Of a stretch of 64,000 bases of DNA, positions 18,787 to 28,305 are shown one piece after another. A program made the translations under genes and the position numbers. This DNA is from Gemmatimonadota bacterium (lineage in GTDB: Bacteria; Gemmatimonadota; Gemmatimonadetes; Gemmatimonadales; GWC2-71-9): the NCBI GenBank assembly GCA_003222085.1, contig QHUK01000017.1, positions 65,928-129,927 of the forward strand, read 5' to 3'. The notes below the pieces were generated by a model. The model had not been told where the DNA came from. It saw nothing but the letters and a program-made list of their open reading frames with translations, and did not search any database. Position 1 is the first letter of the stretch. Every line of letters starts with the position of its first letter.

Positions 18787-21700
18787 CACGATGCGGCCAC
18801 TACGTACCCCCTTCCCCGGATCGCGACGAGCAGCGTCGGTACGGCGAACAAGGTGATCGGCGTGGAGAGGGCGAGCCCCCCGATGACGGCCAGGGCGAGC
18901 GGGCGCTGCAGCTCGTTCCCAGCCCCGATGCCGAGGGCGAGCGGCAGCAGCCCGAACAGCGTGCACAGCGTCGTCATCAGGATCGGACGGAGGCGCACGC
19001 GTCCCGCCTCGCGGATCGCCACCTCGAGCGCCGCGCCCTCGGCCTGCATCCGGAGCCGCGTGAAATCGAGCAGGATGATCCCGTTCTTCACGATCAGCCC
19101 GACCAACAGGATCAGCCCCATGAACGAGGAGACGTTGAGCGCGGTGCGGGTGGCGAGCAGCAGGACCAAGGCGCCGACGAACGAGACGGGTGCCACGAGG
19201 AGCACGACGAGCGGCTCGGTGAACGACTCGAACTGCACCACCATCACCGCGCACACGCTCACCGCGGCGAGCGCGAGCACCAGGAGAAGGGCCCGGAACG
19301 CCTCCTGCTGGCCGGCGTACTGCCCGCCCAGCGCGACGCGCACCCCCCGGGGGGCCCGGTGTGCGGCGAGCACCCGGTGGACGTCGCCCATCACCCCACC
19401 CAGCGAGCGGCCGCTCACGTCGGCGGTCAGCGCGATCATCTGCTGCTGGTTTTCGCGATCGAGGGCGAGCCGCGACTCCGTGGGCTCGAACGCGGCGAGG
19501 CTTCCGAGCGGGGTCGCCCGGCCGCCGCGCGCCGCGACGATCGGCAGGGCCCGCAGACGCAGTGGGTCGAAGCGCACGGCATCCGGCGCCCGCACGCGCA
19601 CCGCCACGGGCCGGTCTTCGACGCGGATCTCGCCGGCCGACGTGCCCAGCAGCGCCCCGGCGACCGTGTTGCCCACGTCGACCGGTGTCAGGCCGATGCG
19701 ATCGGCCTCCGCCTGGTGGACGCGCATCAGCAACTCCGCCGCGGGCTCGCTCACCCCGTCGTAGAGGTCCTCGAGGCCGGTAATCCGCTCGAGCTCGGGC
19801 GCGAGCCGGCGCGCGTACGCCTCGAGCGTGTCGAGCGGCTCGCCATACAGCTTGATCTCGACCGGCCGCGCCGCGCCCGCGAGATCGTTGATGACGTCGG
19901 CGAGAATCTGCATGAACTCGATGTGGAGCCGCGGCACCGCGCCCTGGATCCGGTCGCGCACGTCGTCGATCACGGCGAACACGTCGCGCGCGCGCCGGTT
20001 GCGCGGCGCGAGCCGGACCACGATGTCGCCGCGGTTCTGCGCCGTGGCGAACATCCCGAGCTCGGCGCCGGTGCGGCGCGCCGTCCCCGTGACCTCGGGC
20101 GTCGCCGCGAGGAGGCTCTCCGCGACGCTCAGCTGCCGGTTCGTCTCGGCGAGCGCCGTGCCCCCCGGCGTCCAATAGTCGAGAATGAACGCCCCCTCGT
20201 CGATCTCCGGGAGGAAGCCCGTCCCTACGATCTGCCAGAGCCCGACCCCCAGCGCGACGAGCGCCACGGCGGCGACCGCGATCCGGCGGGGATGCTGCAG
20301 CGCGGCGCCGAGGGCGCGCTCGTAGCGCGGCGCCAGCGCGTCGAGCGCCTGCTCGAGCCGGGCCAGCGGGCGCCAGCGCGGCGCGGCCGCTGCCACGTCG
20401 TGCGCCGTGACGAACTGCTCGGCGAGGAGCGGGATCAGCGTGAGCGCGAGGAGCAGCGAGACGAGCACCGCCACGGTGAGGGTGGTCGCGAGCGCGGCGA
20501 AGAACTGCCCCACCACCCCCTGGAGCAGGCCGAGGGGGAGGAACACCACTACCGTGGTGATGGTCGACGTCGTGACGGGCCAGATGAGCTCTTGCACGGC
20601 GGCGCGGAGGGCGGCGAGGCGGCCGCCCGCGGCGCCGAGCCGCAGGTGGCGCGCGATGTTCTCGGTGACGACGACGGCGTCGTCGATCACGAGGCCGATC
20701 GCGATCGCCATGGCGCCCAGGGTCATCAGGTTGAACGTCTGGCCGATCAGCCACATGACGAACACGGTCACCGCGAGCGTCACCGGGATCGCCGCCGCGC
20801 TGATGGCGGTGATGCGCCCGTGGCGCAGGAACAGGAGCAGCACCAGCACGGCGAGCACGGCACCGATGAGCATGGCGTCGCGCACCGAGCGGACGGCGTC
20901 GCGTACCAGCGCGGCCTGGTCGTACACCCGCTTGAGATGGACGCCGGGCGGGAGGCTCGGCGCGAGCGCGGCGACGATTCCGGCCACGCTGTCGGCGACC
21001 TCGAGGGTGTTCCCCTCGACCTGCCGCGCGACGTTGATGAGCGCCGCGGGCTTGCCGTCGCCCGCCACGATGCGGACGTGATCCTCCGTGCCCACCTGCA
21101 CGCTCGCCACGTCCCGCACCCGCAGCCCGTGCGCGATCACCACGCCGCCGATGTCCTCGGGGCCGTGGGCCTCCTGATCGGTCACGATCAGGTACTGGCG
21201 GTAGTCCTGCGCCACGCGACCGACCGCTTGCACGGTGACGGCCCGCCGGATCGCGTCGGCCAGGTCGGCGTACGTGAGGCCCAGCGCCGCGAGCCGCGGC
21301 GGGTCTGCGACCACCTCGATTTCGCGTACGTCCGTGCCCTGGACGTCCACGCGCCCCACGCCGGGGACGCGCGAGATCAGCGGTTTGATCTCGTAGCGCG
21401 CGATGTCGTACAGGGTGGCCGGATCACCCCCCTCGAGGTTGTACGAGATGATCGGGAACAGCGACGGAGTGAGTCGCTCGATCTCGATCTCCAGGTCCGG
21501 CGGCAGCATCCCCTGGATCTGGCTCACGCGCGCGCGCACGAGCTGAAGGGCGTAGGCCATATCGGTGCGCGGCGTGAAGGTGATCGCGACCTCGCTCGCG
21601 CCGCGGATCGACTGCGACTGGACGCGCGTCACGCCCGGGACCACGCTCACCGCCTCCTCGAGCGGCCGCGTGACGCTGAAGACCACCTGGCGCGCGCCGA

Positions 21701-21860
21701 GGGTCGAGCCCTGCGCGACGATCTTGATCCGCGGGAACAGGAGCTCGGGGTAGATGGCCGACGGCAGCCGGAACGACGCCCACGCGCCCGCGACGGAGAG
21801 CAGCGCGACCGCGAGATAGACGACGCGGCGCTGACGCCGCAAGACGTCGAACAGCGTCAT
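18786..21860 (-). CDS. RND efflux transporter permease, CzcA/CusA (heavy-metal efflux)-like
   Basis: 1024 aa with the typical AcrB/CzcA architecture: two large periplasmic loops and 12 hydrophobic segments. The start overlaps the stop of the adaptor gene. Confidence 0.9.
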   Translation of the reverse strand: MTLFDVLRRQRRVVYLAVALLSVAGAWASFRLPSAIYPELLFPRIKIVAQGSTLGARQVVFSVTRPLEEAVSVVPGVTRVQSQSIRGASEVAITFTPRTDMAYALQLVRARVSQIQGMLPPDLEIEIERLTPSLFPIISYNLEGGDPATLYDIARYEIKPLISRVPGVGRVDVQGTDVREIEVVADPPRLAALGLTYADLADAIRRAVTVQAVGRVAQDYRQYLIVTDQEAHGPEDIGGVVIAHGLRVRDVASVQVGTEDHVRIVAGDGKPAALINVARQVEGNTLEVADSVAGIVAALAPSLPPGVHLKRVYDQAALVRDAVRSVRDAMLIGAVLAVLVLLLFLRHGRITAISAAAIPVTLAVTVFVMWLIGQTFNLMTLGAMAIAIGLVIDDAVVVTENIARHLRLGAAGGRLAALRAAVQELIWPVTTSTITTVVVFLPLGLLQGVVGQFFAALATTLTVAVLVSLLLALTLIPLLAEQFVTAHDVAAAAPRWRPLARLEQALDALAPRYERALGAALQHPRRIAVAAVALVALGVGLWQIVGTGFLPEIDEGAFILDYWTPGGTALAETNRQLSVAESLLAATPEVTGTARRTGAELGMFATAQNRGDIVVRLAPRNRRARDVFAVIDDVRDRIQGAVPRLHIEFMQILADVINDLAGAARPVEIKLYGEPLDTLEAYARRLAPELERITGLEDLYDGVSEPAAELLMRVHQAEADRIGLTPVDVGNTVAGALLGTSAGEIRVEDRPVAVRVRAPDAVRFDPLRLRALPIVAARGGRATPLGSLAAFEPTESRLALDRENQQQMIALTADVSGRSLGGVMGDVHRVLAAHRAPRGVRVALGGQYAGQQEAFRALLLVLALAAVSVCAVMVVQFESFTEPLVVLLVAPVSFVGALVLLLATRTALNVSSFMGLILLVGLIVKNGIILLDFTRLRMQAEGAALEVAIREAGRVRLRPILMTTLCTLFGLLPLALGIGAGNELQRPLALAVIGGLALSTPITLFAVPTLLVAIRGRGYVVAAS

Positions 21861-22939
21861 CGTGGCGCAGCGGCGGGAGCGCCGGAGCCCGGCGAGGGAG
21901 GGGGCCGCGCGACCCGCGCGCCGTCGGCGATGCCGTAGGCGCCGCCGGTCACGACCACTTCACCGGCCGCGAGCCCGCTGATGATCTCCGCCACGGCTTC
22001 GGCACGGCCGCCGACCGTGACGGCCCGGCTGTGGGCCACGCCGGCCGAGTCGACGACGAACACCTGAACGCCCTCTCCACCCGGCGCCGGCACGAGCGCG
22101 GCGACGGGGACGGTCACCGCGTGCGGCTCGACCGCGGTGATCAGTCGACCGAACACCGACTCGCCGATCCTCAAGGGGCGCTCGGTGCGCCGCAGCCGCA
22201 CGCGGACCGCGACCGCGCGGGACAGGGAATCGACGGCGGCTGCGACTCCGGTGACGACGCCCGTGCCGAGCGGGTCGCCCCGCGCGGTCTCGCCGGCCGA
22301 GAGCGACACAGAGTCCCCGTCGCGCATGTCGGCCGCTTCCGCGGGTGACACGCTGAACACGACGTCCAACGCGCCGGGGTCGGCGATCTCGACGAGCGGC
22401 TGGGTTGGGTCCACCGAGGCGCCCAGCACGGCGCTCATGCGGGTGACGACGCCCGACAGCGGGGCGCGCAGCGTGGCGAGCTGCTGCGACCGGCGCGCGG
22501 TGACCGCGGCGACCTGAGCTTGCGCCAGCTCGGAGGCCGCCTGGTCCGAGTCCTTTTGGGGCAGGATCCCCGCCTGCACGAGGCGCGCGGCGCGGGCGAA
22601 GTTGTGCTGCGCCGTCTCGAGTGCGGTAGCGGCGCTTTGGGCGGCGGCATCGAACGGCGCGCGCTCGAACTCGATCAGCGTATCGCCCTCGGCGACGTGC
22701 TGCCCCGAGGCAACGAAGATGCGCGCCACCCGGGTGGGTCCCGGGGCCGCGAGCTCCGCGAAGCGCCCGGGGCGGGGCGTCACGGTGCCGATGGCGCGCA
22801 CGACGCGGGCGAACCGCTGCTCGGTCGCCTCCGCCGTCTGCGCCGCAACGCCGGTCCGCTCCACGACCGCCTCGGCATCGTCGGCGGCGCGGGCGCGGCA
22901 GGCGGCCGCGACGGCGAGCAACGCGACCAGGCGTCTCAC
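21857..22939 (-). CDS. RND efflux periplasmic adaptor (membrane fusion protein, HlyD/CzcB family)
   Basis: 360 aa. N-terminal signal/lipobox-like LLAVAAAC, then biotinyl-lipoyl-like, coiled-coil and beta-barrel segments (VAEGDTLIEFE, LRAPLSGVVT). GTGA overlap with the OMP gene. Confidence 0.85.
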   Translation of the reverse strand: MRRLVALLAVAAACRARAADDAEAVVERTGVAAQTAEATEQRFARVVRAIGTVTPRPGRFAELAAPGPTRVARIFVASGQHVAEGDTLIEFERAPFDAAAQSAATALETAQHNFARAARLVQAGILPQKDSDQAASELAQAQVAAVTARRSQQLATLRAPLSGVVTRMSAVLGASVDPTQPLVEIADPGALDVVFSVSPAEAADMRDGDSVSLSAGETARGDPLGTGVVTGVAAAVDSLSRAVAVRVRLRRTERPLRIGESVFGRLITAVEPHAVTVPVAALVPAPGGEGVQVFVVDSAGVAHSRAVTVGGRAEAVAEIISGLAAGEVVVTGGAYGIADGARVARPPPSPGSGAPAAAPR

Positions 22940-24156
22940 GACCCGCCCGCGGAGGCCGTGACCAGGCGCACGACGCCGGCCGCGTCGTTCGCCGCCGCGA
23001 CATCGTCGATGTAGCGGCCCAGCGCCTCGCGAGCGTTGCGCTGTGCCTCGAGCACGTTGGCGAGGGGGACGGCGCCCTCGGCATACGCCTGCAAGGACAT
23101 CGCCGCGACCCGGTCGGCGCTCGCGAGCAGCCGCCGGTCGCGCTCGAGGCGCGCCCGCGCCGCCGAAAAGCTGCGACGCGCGCGGGCGACGTCCGCTGCG
23201 GATTCGCGGCGAATCACATCCAGGTTTGCCTGCGCGCGGTCGCGCGCCGCCCGCGCCTGCCCGATCTCGCCGCCGTTGCGGTTGAACAGCGGCAGCACGA
23301 GCGCCATCCCCACGGTCGGCAGCACGCCCTGGGCGGGGTCTGCGGGATCGCCGCGCTCGACGCCGACCTGGAGACTCGGCGCCGGAATCACAGTGCGATG
23401 GGCGAGGGCGAGATTCCGGTCCTCGAAGCGCAGGCTCGCCCCGGCCGCCGCGATCCGGAGCGGCTCGCCGGTGGGCGCCGGCGAGCTGTCGGGCGGCGGC
23501 ACCAGCGAGTCCGCCAGGGTGATGCTGGCCGCTTCCGCCGGGAGGCCCATGGTGAGCTGCACGGCGAGCAGCCCGTCCAGCGCGGCGAGCGAGTCGTCGA
23601 CGGCGACGTTCAGGAGCTGGCCCGCGTTCACCTCGGCGAGCCGCACGTCCAGCTCGCTGACGTCGCCGACCTCACGGCGCAGCCGGGCCATCGTGAGCAG
23701 GCTGTCGGCATCGCGCGCGTTGCGGCGCGACAGCCGCGCGTGCGCTGCCGTGGCGAGCGCGTGCGTGTAGGTGGTGTCGACGGCAAAGCGGATGGCGGCG
23801 CGCTCGAACGCGAACCCGAAGCCGGTCGCGTCGCGCGCGGCCGCCGCGGCGCCGATCCGCGCCGAGCGGAGCCACGGCAGGTCGAGTGACACATCGGCGA
23901 TGTAATGGTAGCGCGGGACATCCTTCGTGTAGGTGGCGGCGAACGACGGGTTGGGGTAGGCGCGTGCGCCGCGCAGCAGCCCGGCGGCCGCTGCCGTGTC
24001 GGCCCGGCCGAACGCGGCGCGCGCCCCGCGGGCGAGCGCCGCTTCGATCGCTGCGGCCCGCGTGACCGGGTGCTGCGCGGCGAGCGAGACCGTCGCAGCG
24101 CCGTCCAGCCCTACGACGAGGGCGGAGAGGCGCAGGAGTCGTTTCGGGAGCGACAT
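22936..24156 (-). CDS. Outer membrane efflux protein (TolC/CzcC family)
   Basis: 406 aa, signal-like N-terminus and Ala/Arg-rich two-repeat OEP architecture. First gene of the czcCBA-like operon. Confidence 0.8.
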   Translation of the reverse strand: MSLPKRLLRLSALVVGLDGAATVSLAAQHPVTRAAAIEAALARGARAAFGRADTAAAAGLLRGARAYPNPSFAATYTKDVPRYHYIADVSLDLPWLRSARIGAAAAARDATGFGFAFERAAIRFAVDTTYTHALATAAHARLSRRNARDADSLLTMARLRREVGDVSELDVRLAEVNAGQLLNVAVDDSLAALDGLLAVQLTMGLPAEAASITLADSLVPPPDSSPAPTGEPLRIAAAGASLRFEDRNLALAHRTVIPAPSLQVGVERGDPADPAQGVLPTVGMALVLPLFNRNGGEIGQARAARDRAQANLDVIRRESAADVARARRSFSAARARLERDRRLLASADRVAAMSLQAYAEGAVPLANVLEAQRNAREALGRYIDDVAAANDAAGVVRLVTASAGGS

Positions 24157-24210
24157 GGGATCCTGCGGAGAAACGTACGCGGTGAACCTGTCACCAAGCT
24201 GACAGGGCTG

Positions 24211-25638
24211 CTACATGGAGCCCAACTGGCTCTCGGTGGGCTCTGCTCAGCAAAACCACGGCTCGGTCAGCCGTGCCGCAATGGGACGGTCGGGCGGTGG
24301 GGCGCGGAACGACGTGGGCGCCACGACCCGGCCGGTCCGGGCGTTCGCGAGCGCCCGGATTCGACCGAACGTCACGGCGGGATCCTCGCCCGAGCGAGCC
24401 GCCTGCTCCACGAGCGTGCTCACGTCGCGCTGCAGCGCGTCCATGCGCGGGTCGGGATGCGTCCAGCGAAAGGTGAAGGCGCCGACGTCGAGGGGCCCAA
24501 GGAAGGGGCGGATGGCGGACCGGGACACGAGCAGCGAGCCCGGCGGAATGAGCAGGCGGATGGCGAGCTGGATGGGATCGACGTGATCGATCAACCCCTC
24601 GAGCCCGATCCACTCGAGCAGCTCGAGGTAGTCGTCGCTCGTGGCCCACGGAGTGAACGGGACGAACGACGGTCGGAGGGCGATCCCCGCCTGGCGCAGG
24701 ACGCCGAGGGCGCTCTTGACGTCGGCGCGCGTATGGCCCTTTTCCAGGTTCGCGAGCACGACATCCGACAGCGATTCCACCGCGGAGACGACGAAGACGC
24801 AGCCGGTCGCCGCAAATTCCGAGAACAACCGCCGATGGCGGACGATGTGCTCGATCTTGGCGGTGAAGTCATACGAGAGCGCCGGAAACTCCGCGTGCAT
24901 CGCCCGCACCAGCCTCACCGCGTGACCAGGGCCGTTCAGGAAGTCCGGGTCGCCGAACGTGATGTGCCCCGCTCCGGCTACCACGAGGCGCCGCACGTCC
25001 TCGAGCACGACGTCACGGGGGACGGCGAAGAAGCGGCCGCCGTACACCGGCGGGATGGGACAATGCAGACATGTGTGCAGGCAGCCGCGGCTGGCCTCGA
25101 CGTAGCCGGCCGGCACGCGCCGCCCGTCGCGCAGCAGACTCGCGTACCGCGTGAGGGCGGGCAGGCCGCCGCGCCGTGGGACGGGAAAGGACAGGCGCTC
25201 GAGGTGCGGGCGCTGGTGCGGCGCCGGCTCGTCGCCGCGGTCGAGCTGCTCGACCACCGCCACGAGCGGGCCTTCGACCTCACCACCCACCACCAGGTCG
25301 GCGCACCGACCCAGCAGGTGCTCCGCGTTGAGCTCCGCATACAGGCCGTGGAACACGATCCGGCACGCGGGATTGATCTGGCGAATGCGCGCGGCGGCGT
25401 GGACGCCGAGCCGCAGCGCCGTGTGCATCGGGACCGCGATCGCCGCCAGCCGGGCCCGCCGCACCTTCGCTTCGTCGAGCGGCTGCACCGCCAGGTCGAG
25501 GGTATCGGGGGCGAAGCCGGCCCGCTCGAGAAACGCGCGCGGCCAGGCCAGGCCGAGCGGTTGATGCCCGAGCTCATAGCACGAGACCAGCAGCACCGCG
25601 CCGGGCGCACGGAGCGAAGAACGAGCGATGGTGTTCAA
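24211..25638 (-). CDS. B12-binding-domain radical SAM protein, probable selenoprotein with CUAEP tail (TGA at 24249..24247 read as Sec)
   Basis: Radical SAM motif EASRGCLHTCLHCP (CX3CX2C) follows an N-terminal Rossmann/B12-like domain. The track ORF ends ...RLTEPWFC-TGA. The next in-frame codons are GCA GAG CCC ACC GAG AGC CAG TTG GGC TCC ATG TAG, which gives C-U-A-E-P-TESQLGSM-stop. The start was chosen as TTG at 25638 (LNTIARSS...) because third-position GC collapses upstream, where a small membrane ORF occupies another frame. Confidence 0.7.
24218..24243 (-). promoter_or_regulatory. Candidate bacterial SECIS-like hairpin just 3' of the in-frame UGA
   Basis: The minus strand reads UGA GCA then GAGCCCA-CCGAGAGCCAGU-UGGGCUC. 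This is a perfect 7-bp stem starting 4 nt after the UGA, with a 12-nt G-containing loop. Confidence 0.35.
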
Positions 25639-25793
25639 GACTCTGCGAACCGCAGCAGGAAGGCGACGCCCATCAGTGCCACGGCAACCCACACCAGCCA
25701 GCGTTCCGCGATCGCCATGCCCACGAGACCCACCGTGAGGCCTGCGCCGCCGAGCCATGCTTTGATTGCGAACAGACGGTAGGGGCGCGGCAT
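25635..25793 (-). CDS. Small (52 aa) two-helix membrane protein, not in ORF track
   Basis: ATG at 25793: MPRPYRLFAIKAWLGGAGLTVGLVGMAIAERWLVWVAVALMGVAFLLRFAES-TGA. This frame has high G/C at third positions. The overlapping upstream extension of the radical SAM ORF is T-rich at third positions and Arg/Gly-rich. Its stop overlaps the proposed TTG start of the radical SAM gene. Confidence 0.5.
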   Translation of the reverse strand: MPRPYRLFAIKAWLGGAGLTVGLVGMAIAERWLVWVAVALMGVAFLLRFAES

Positions 25794-25802
25794 GCGACAC
25801 TC

Positions 25803-26561
25803 CTACTTCTTGAGGAACGCCTGCAGGGCGGCGCGGAAGTCGGGCGTCGTGCGGCTCACCGCGTTCACGTCCGCCCCCAGCCGGATCCCGTCCTCGAATC
25901 GCAGGCCGTCCAGCTGGTAGAACTGCTGTTTCGTGAACGCGAGCGCCGACGGGCTAGCCGCGGCCAGGGCGCGCAACACCTCGCTCACTTGGTCCTCGAA
26001 GTCCGAGTCTTCGTATACCCGCGACACGAGCCCCAGCCCCGCCGCCTCCGAGGCGCCGAGGATGCGCCCCGTCGCCGCAAGATCGAATGCGATCTTCTCG
26101 CCCGCCGTGCGCTTGAGCAGGGTCATGACGATGGCCGGCACGAAGCCCCGTTGGACCTCGGGATAACCGAACTTCGCGGATTCAGCGGCGAGCACGAGGT
26201 CGCAGGCGGTGGCCAGCCCGCAGCCGCCGGCGAGCGCCCGACCCTGCACGACGGCGACGATCGGCTTGGGGATACGCCGCATGCGCACGAAGACCTCGGC
26301 GAAGTGCAGCGCCGCCTGTCGGTTCTCGTCGATGCTCCGGTCGGCGGATGCGAGCAGCTCGTTCAGGTCCATGCCGGCGCAGAAGTCGCCGCCCGCGCCG
26401 CGCACTGCCACGACGCGCACCGCACCGTCGAGATCGGCGCGTTCCAGCACCGCGAGCAGGGCGTCGATCATGGGGGTGTCGATCGCGTTCTTCTTCTCCG
26501 GCCGGTTGAGCGTCGCCGTGAGGATTCCGCCCTCGAGCGCGGCCAGCACCCGGTCGCTCAC
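25803..26561 (-). CDS. Enoyl-CoA hydratase/isomerase (crotonase) family protein
   Basis: 252 aa. Contains NRPEKKNAID, FCAGMDLNE and AVVQGRALAGGCGLATACD, the oxyanion-hole segments typical of crotonases. Confidence 0.9.
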   Translation of the reverse strand: MSDRVLAALEGGILTATLNRPEKKNAIDTPMIDALLAVLERADLDGAVRVVAVRGAGGDFCAGMDLNELLASADRSIDENRQAALHFAEVFVRMRRIPKPIVAVVQGRALAGGCGLATACDLVLAAESAKFGYPEVQRGFVPAIVMTLLKRTAGEKIAFDLAATGRILGASEAAGLGLVSRVYEDSDFEDQVSEVLRALAAASPSALAFTKQQFYQLDGLRFEDGIRLGADVNAVSRTTPDFRAALQAFLKK

Positions 26562-26869
26562 CTGGGGAGCTCGAGCTCGAGACGCAGCAGGGCGGTCGAA
26601 AACACCTTCCCCTGCGCGTCGGTCTTGAGCGAAATCGTGCCGCCGCCGTCGAGCGCGCCGTGCAGCAGGAAGTTCAGGGCGTGCAGGTTCGGCAGCTCGT
26701 AGCGCTCGACCGGACCCGTGATCATGCCCTTGAAATGACGCGCGACGCGCGCTGCCGTCACGTGTTTCACCAGGATCGGATAGTACTCGGGTTTTAGTGC
26801 AATCAACCCCACGTTGGCCGTGTCACCTTTGTCGCCTGACCGGGCGTGCGCGAGTTCCACGAGGGGCAC
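26558..26869 (-). CDS. AtuA C-terminal-like small protein (DUF4387 type)
   Basis: GTG at 26869, preceded by AGGAAGAG. The sequence VPLVELAHARSGDKGDTANVGLIA... matches the conserved RSGDKGd.aNigvia motif found at the C-terminal domain of full-length AtuA proteins. About 103 aa. Confidence 0.7.
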   Translation of the reverse strand: MPLVELAHARSGDKGDTANVGLIALKPEYYPILVKHVTAARVARHFKGMITGPVERYELPNLHALNFLLHGALDGGGTISLKTDAQGKVFSTALLRLELELPR

Positions 26870-26922
26870 TCGTCTCTTCCTCGCCCGCCCTGCACCGGTC
26901 TGCACCGCCCTCGCCCGCCGTT

Positions 26923-28305
26923 TCACACCTCCACGACCTCGACGCACGGCGCCACCATCTGCTTATCGAGAAGCGCAGGCCAGTACGCCACGATCTCTTC
27001 CGGCTTCGGTCGTCCGCCTGCGAACCCGGTGACGCTGGGCGGCCCGTTCAGGATCAGCGGCGCGATCTCGCGCGTGAACCGCTCGACGGAGCTCTTGTCG
27101 GGCGACCGGACGCCGATCCGCAGCTGCACTTCCGGGAGACGGTCGAGGGGCGCCGTCGCGCGCGCCAACGGGCCGTGGGTCGCATCGACGCCGACGAACT
27201 CCGTCAGCACCGCCTCGAACGCGAGGCCGAGATCGGCGAGCCGCTGCCGGAGAATCCGATCCGCGGCCCGGGCCTTCTCGTAGGCATCGGGCCACGCGTA
27301 GACCAACGTGCCAACCGCCTTGTAGCCGTAGAAATAGCCGATCGACACCTTGAGCTGGTCCGTCGCCGGTCTCCCTCTGACACCCGACACCCGAACCCTG
27401 TCTTTCCCAGTCTGCTCGAGCCGGATCGTGGTGAAGTCCGCGACGCAGTCGGGGGTGATGTACTCCGCGGGATTTCCCATCTCGTAGACGAGCTGCTCGG
27501 TCACGCCCGCCACGCTGATCCGTCCGCCGGTGCCCGGATGCTTGCAGATCTCGAACGTCCCGTCCGGTGCCGCGTCCACGATCGGGTAGCCGACATTCGC
27601 GAGGTCGGGGACGCGCTGCCAGTCCACGAGGCTGTTGCCGCCGCTCGACTGCGCACCGCATTCGATCGTATGACCTGCGACCGTCCCGGCCGCGAGGAGG
27701 TCCCAGGCGTCGGGTTGCCACCCGAAGGCGTGCATCATGGGCGCGAGGGTGAGCCCCGTGTCGGTGACCCGACCCGTGACGACGATGTCCGCGCCCCCGC
27801 GCAGCGCCTCTACCACCGGCGAGGCGCCAAGGTACGCATTGGCCGACAGGACCCGGTCGCGCACGTCGGACAGCGGTCGGCCGGTGTCGAGGTTCCTGAG
27901 CTCGTGCCCGCGGGCCAAGAGGCCGTCCAAGCGGCCGAGCAGATCGTCCCCCGTCACGACCCCGATCCGGAGCTTGCCGCCCAGCCGCAGGCGGCGCGCG
28001 GTCTCGGCCACCGCCTGCGCGCACCCTCGGGGGTTCACGCCGCCCGCGTTGGCGGTGACCTTGATCCGCCGCTCCGCCACGATCGGGAGGATGCGTTCCA
28101 GCAACGGGATGAAGTCCGTCGCGTACCCGAGGGACGGGTCCCGCGCCTTCTGCTTCTGCAAGATGGACATCGTGACTTCGGCGAGGTAGTCCATCATCAG
28201 GTAGTCGACTGGTCCGCCGGTCACCTGGCGATACGGTGCTTCGAGCCAGTCGCCCCAGAACCCCTGCCCTGCGGCGATGCGCACCGTGGCGGGCCGCGGC
28301 GTCAC
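26923..28305 (-). CDS. Acyclic terpene utilisation AtuA-family protein (DUF1446 domain)
   Basis: [38 protein letters not shown] is the characteristic AtuA N-terminus. GTG at 28305 forms a GTGA overlap with the S8 peptidase stop. GTG at 28284 is an alternative start. Confidence 0.8.
   Translation of the reverse strand: MTPRPATVRIAAGQGFWGDWLEAPYRQVTGGPVDYLMMDYLAEVTMSILQKQKARDPSLGYATDFIPLLERILPIVAERRIKVTANAGGVNPRGCAQAVAETARRLRLGGKLRIGVVTGDDLLGRLDGLLARGHELRNLDTGRPLSDVRDRVLSANAYLGASPVVEALRGGADIVVTGRVTDTGLTLAPMMHAFGWQPDAWDLLAAGTVAGHTIECGAQSSGGNSLVDWQRVPDLANVGYPIVDAAPDGTFEICKHPGTGGRISVAGVTEQLVYEMGNPAEYITPDCVADFTTIRLEQTGKDRVRVSGVRGRPATDQLKVSIGYFYGYKAVGTLVYAWPDAYEKARAADRILRQRLADLGLAFEAVLTEFVGVDATHGPLARATAPLDRLPEVQLRIGVRSPDKSSVERFTREIAPLILNGPPSVTGFAGGRPKPEEIVAYWPALLDKQMVAPCVEVVEV

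Noticed and set aside
18627-21938. 1103-aa plus-strand ORF and 681-aa minus-strand alternative frame over the RND transporter gene
   Set aside because: These are shadow frames of the 1024-aa RND permease. They are Arg/His/Asp/Gly-rich nonsense without hydrophobic segments or motifs.
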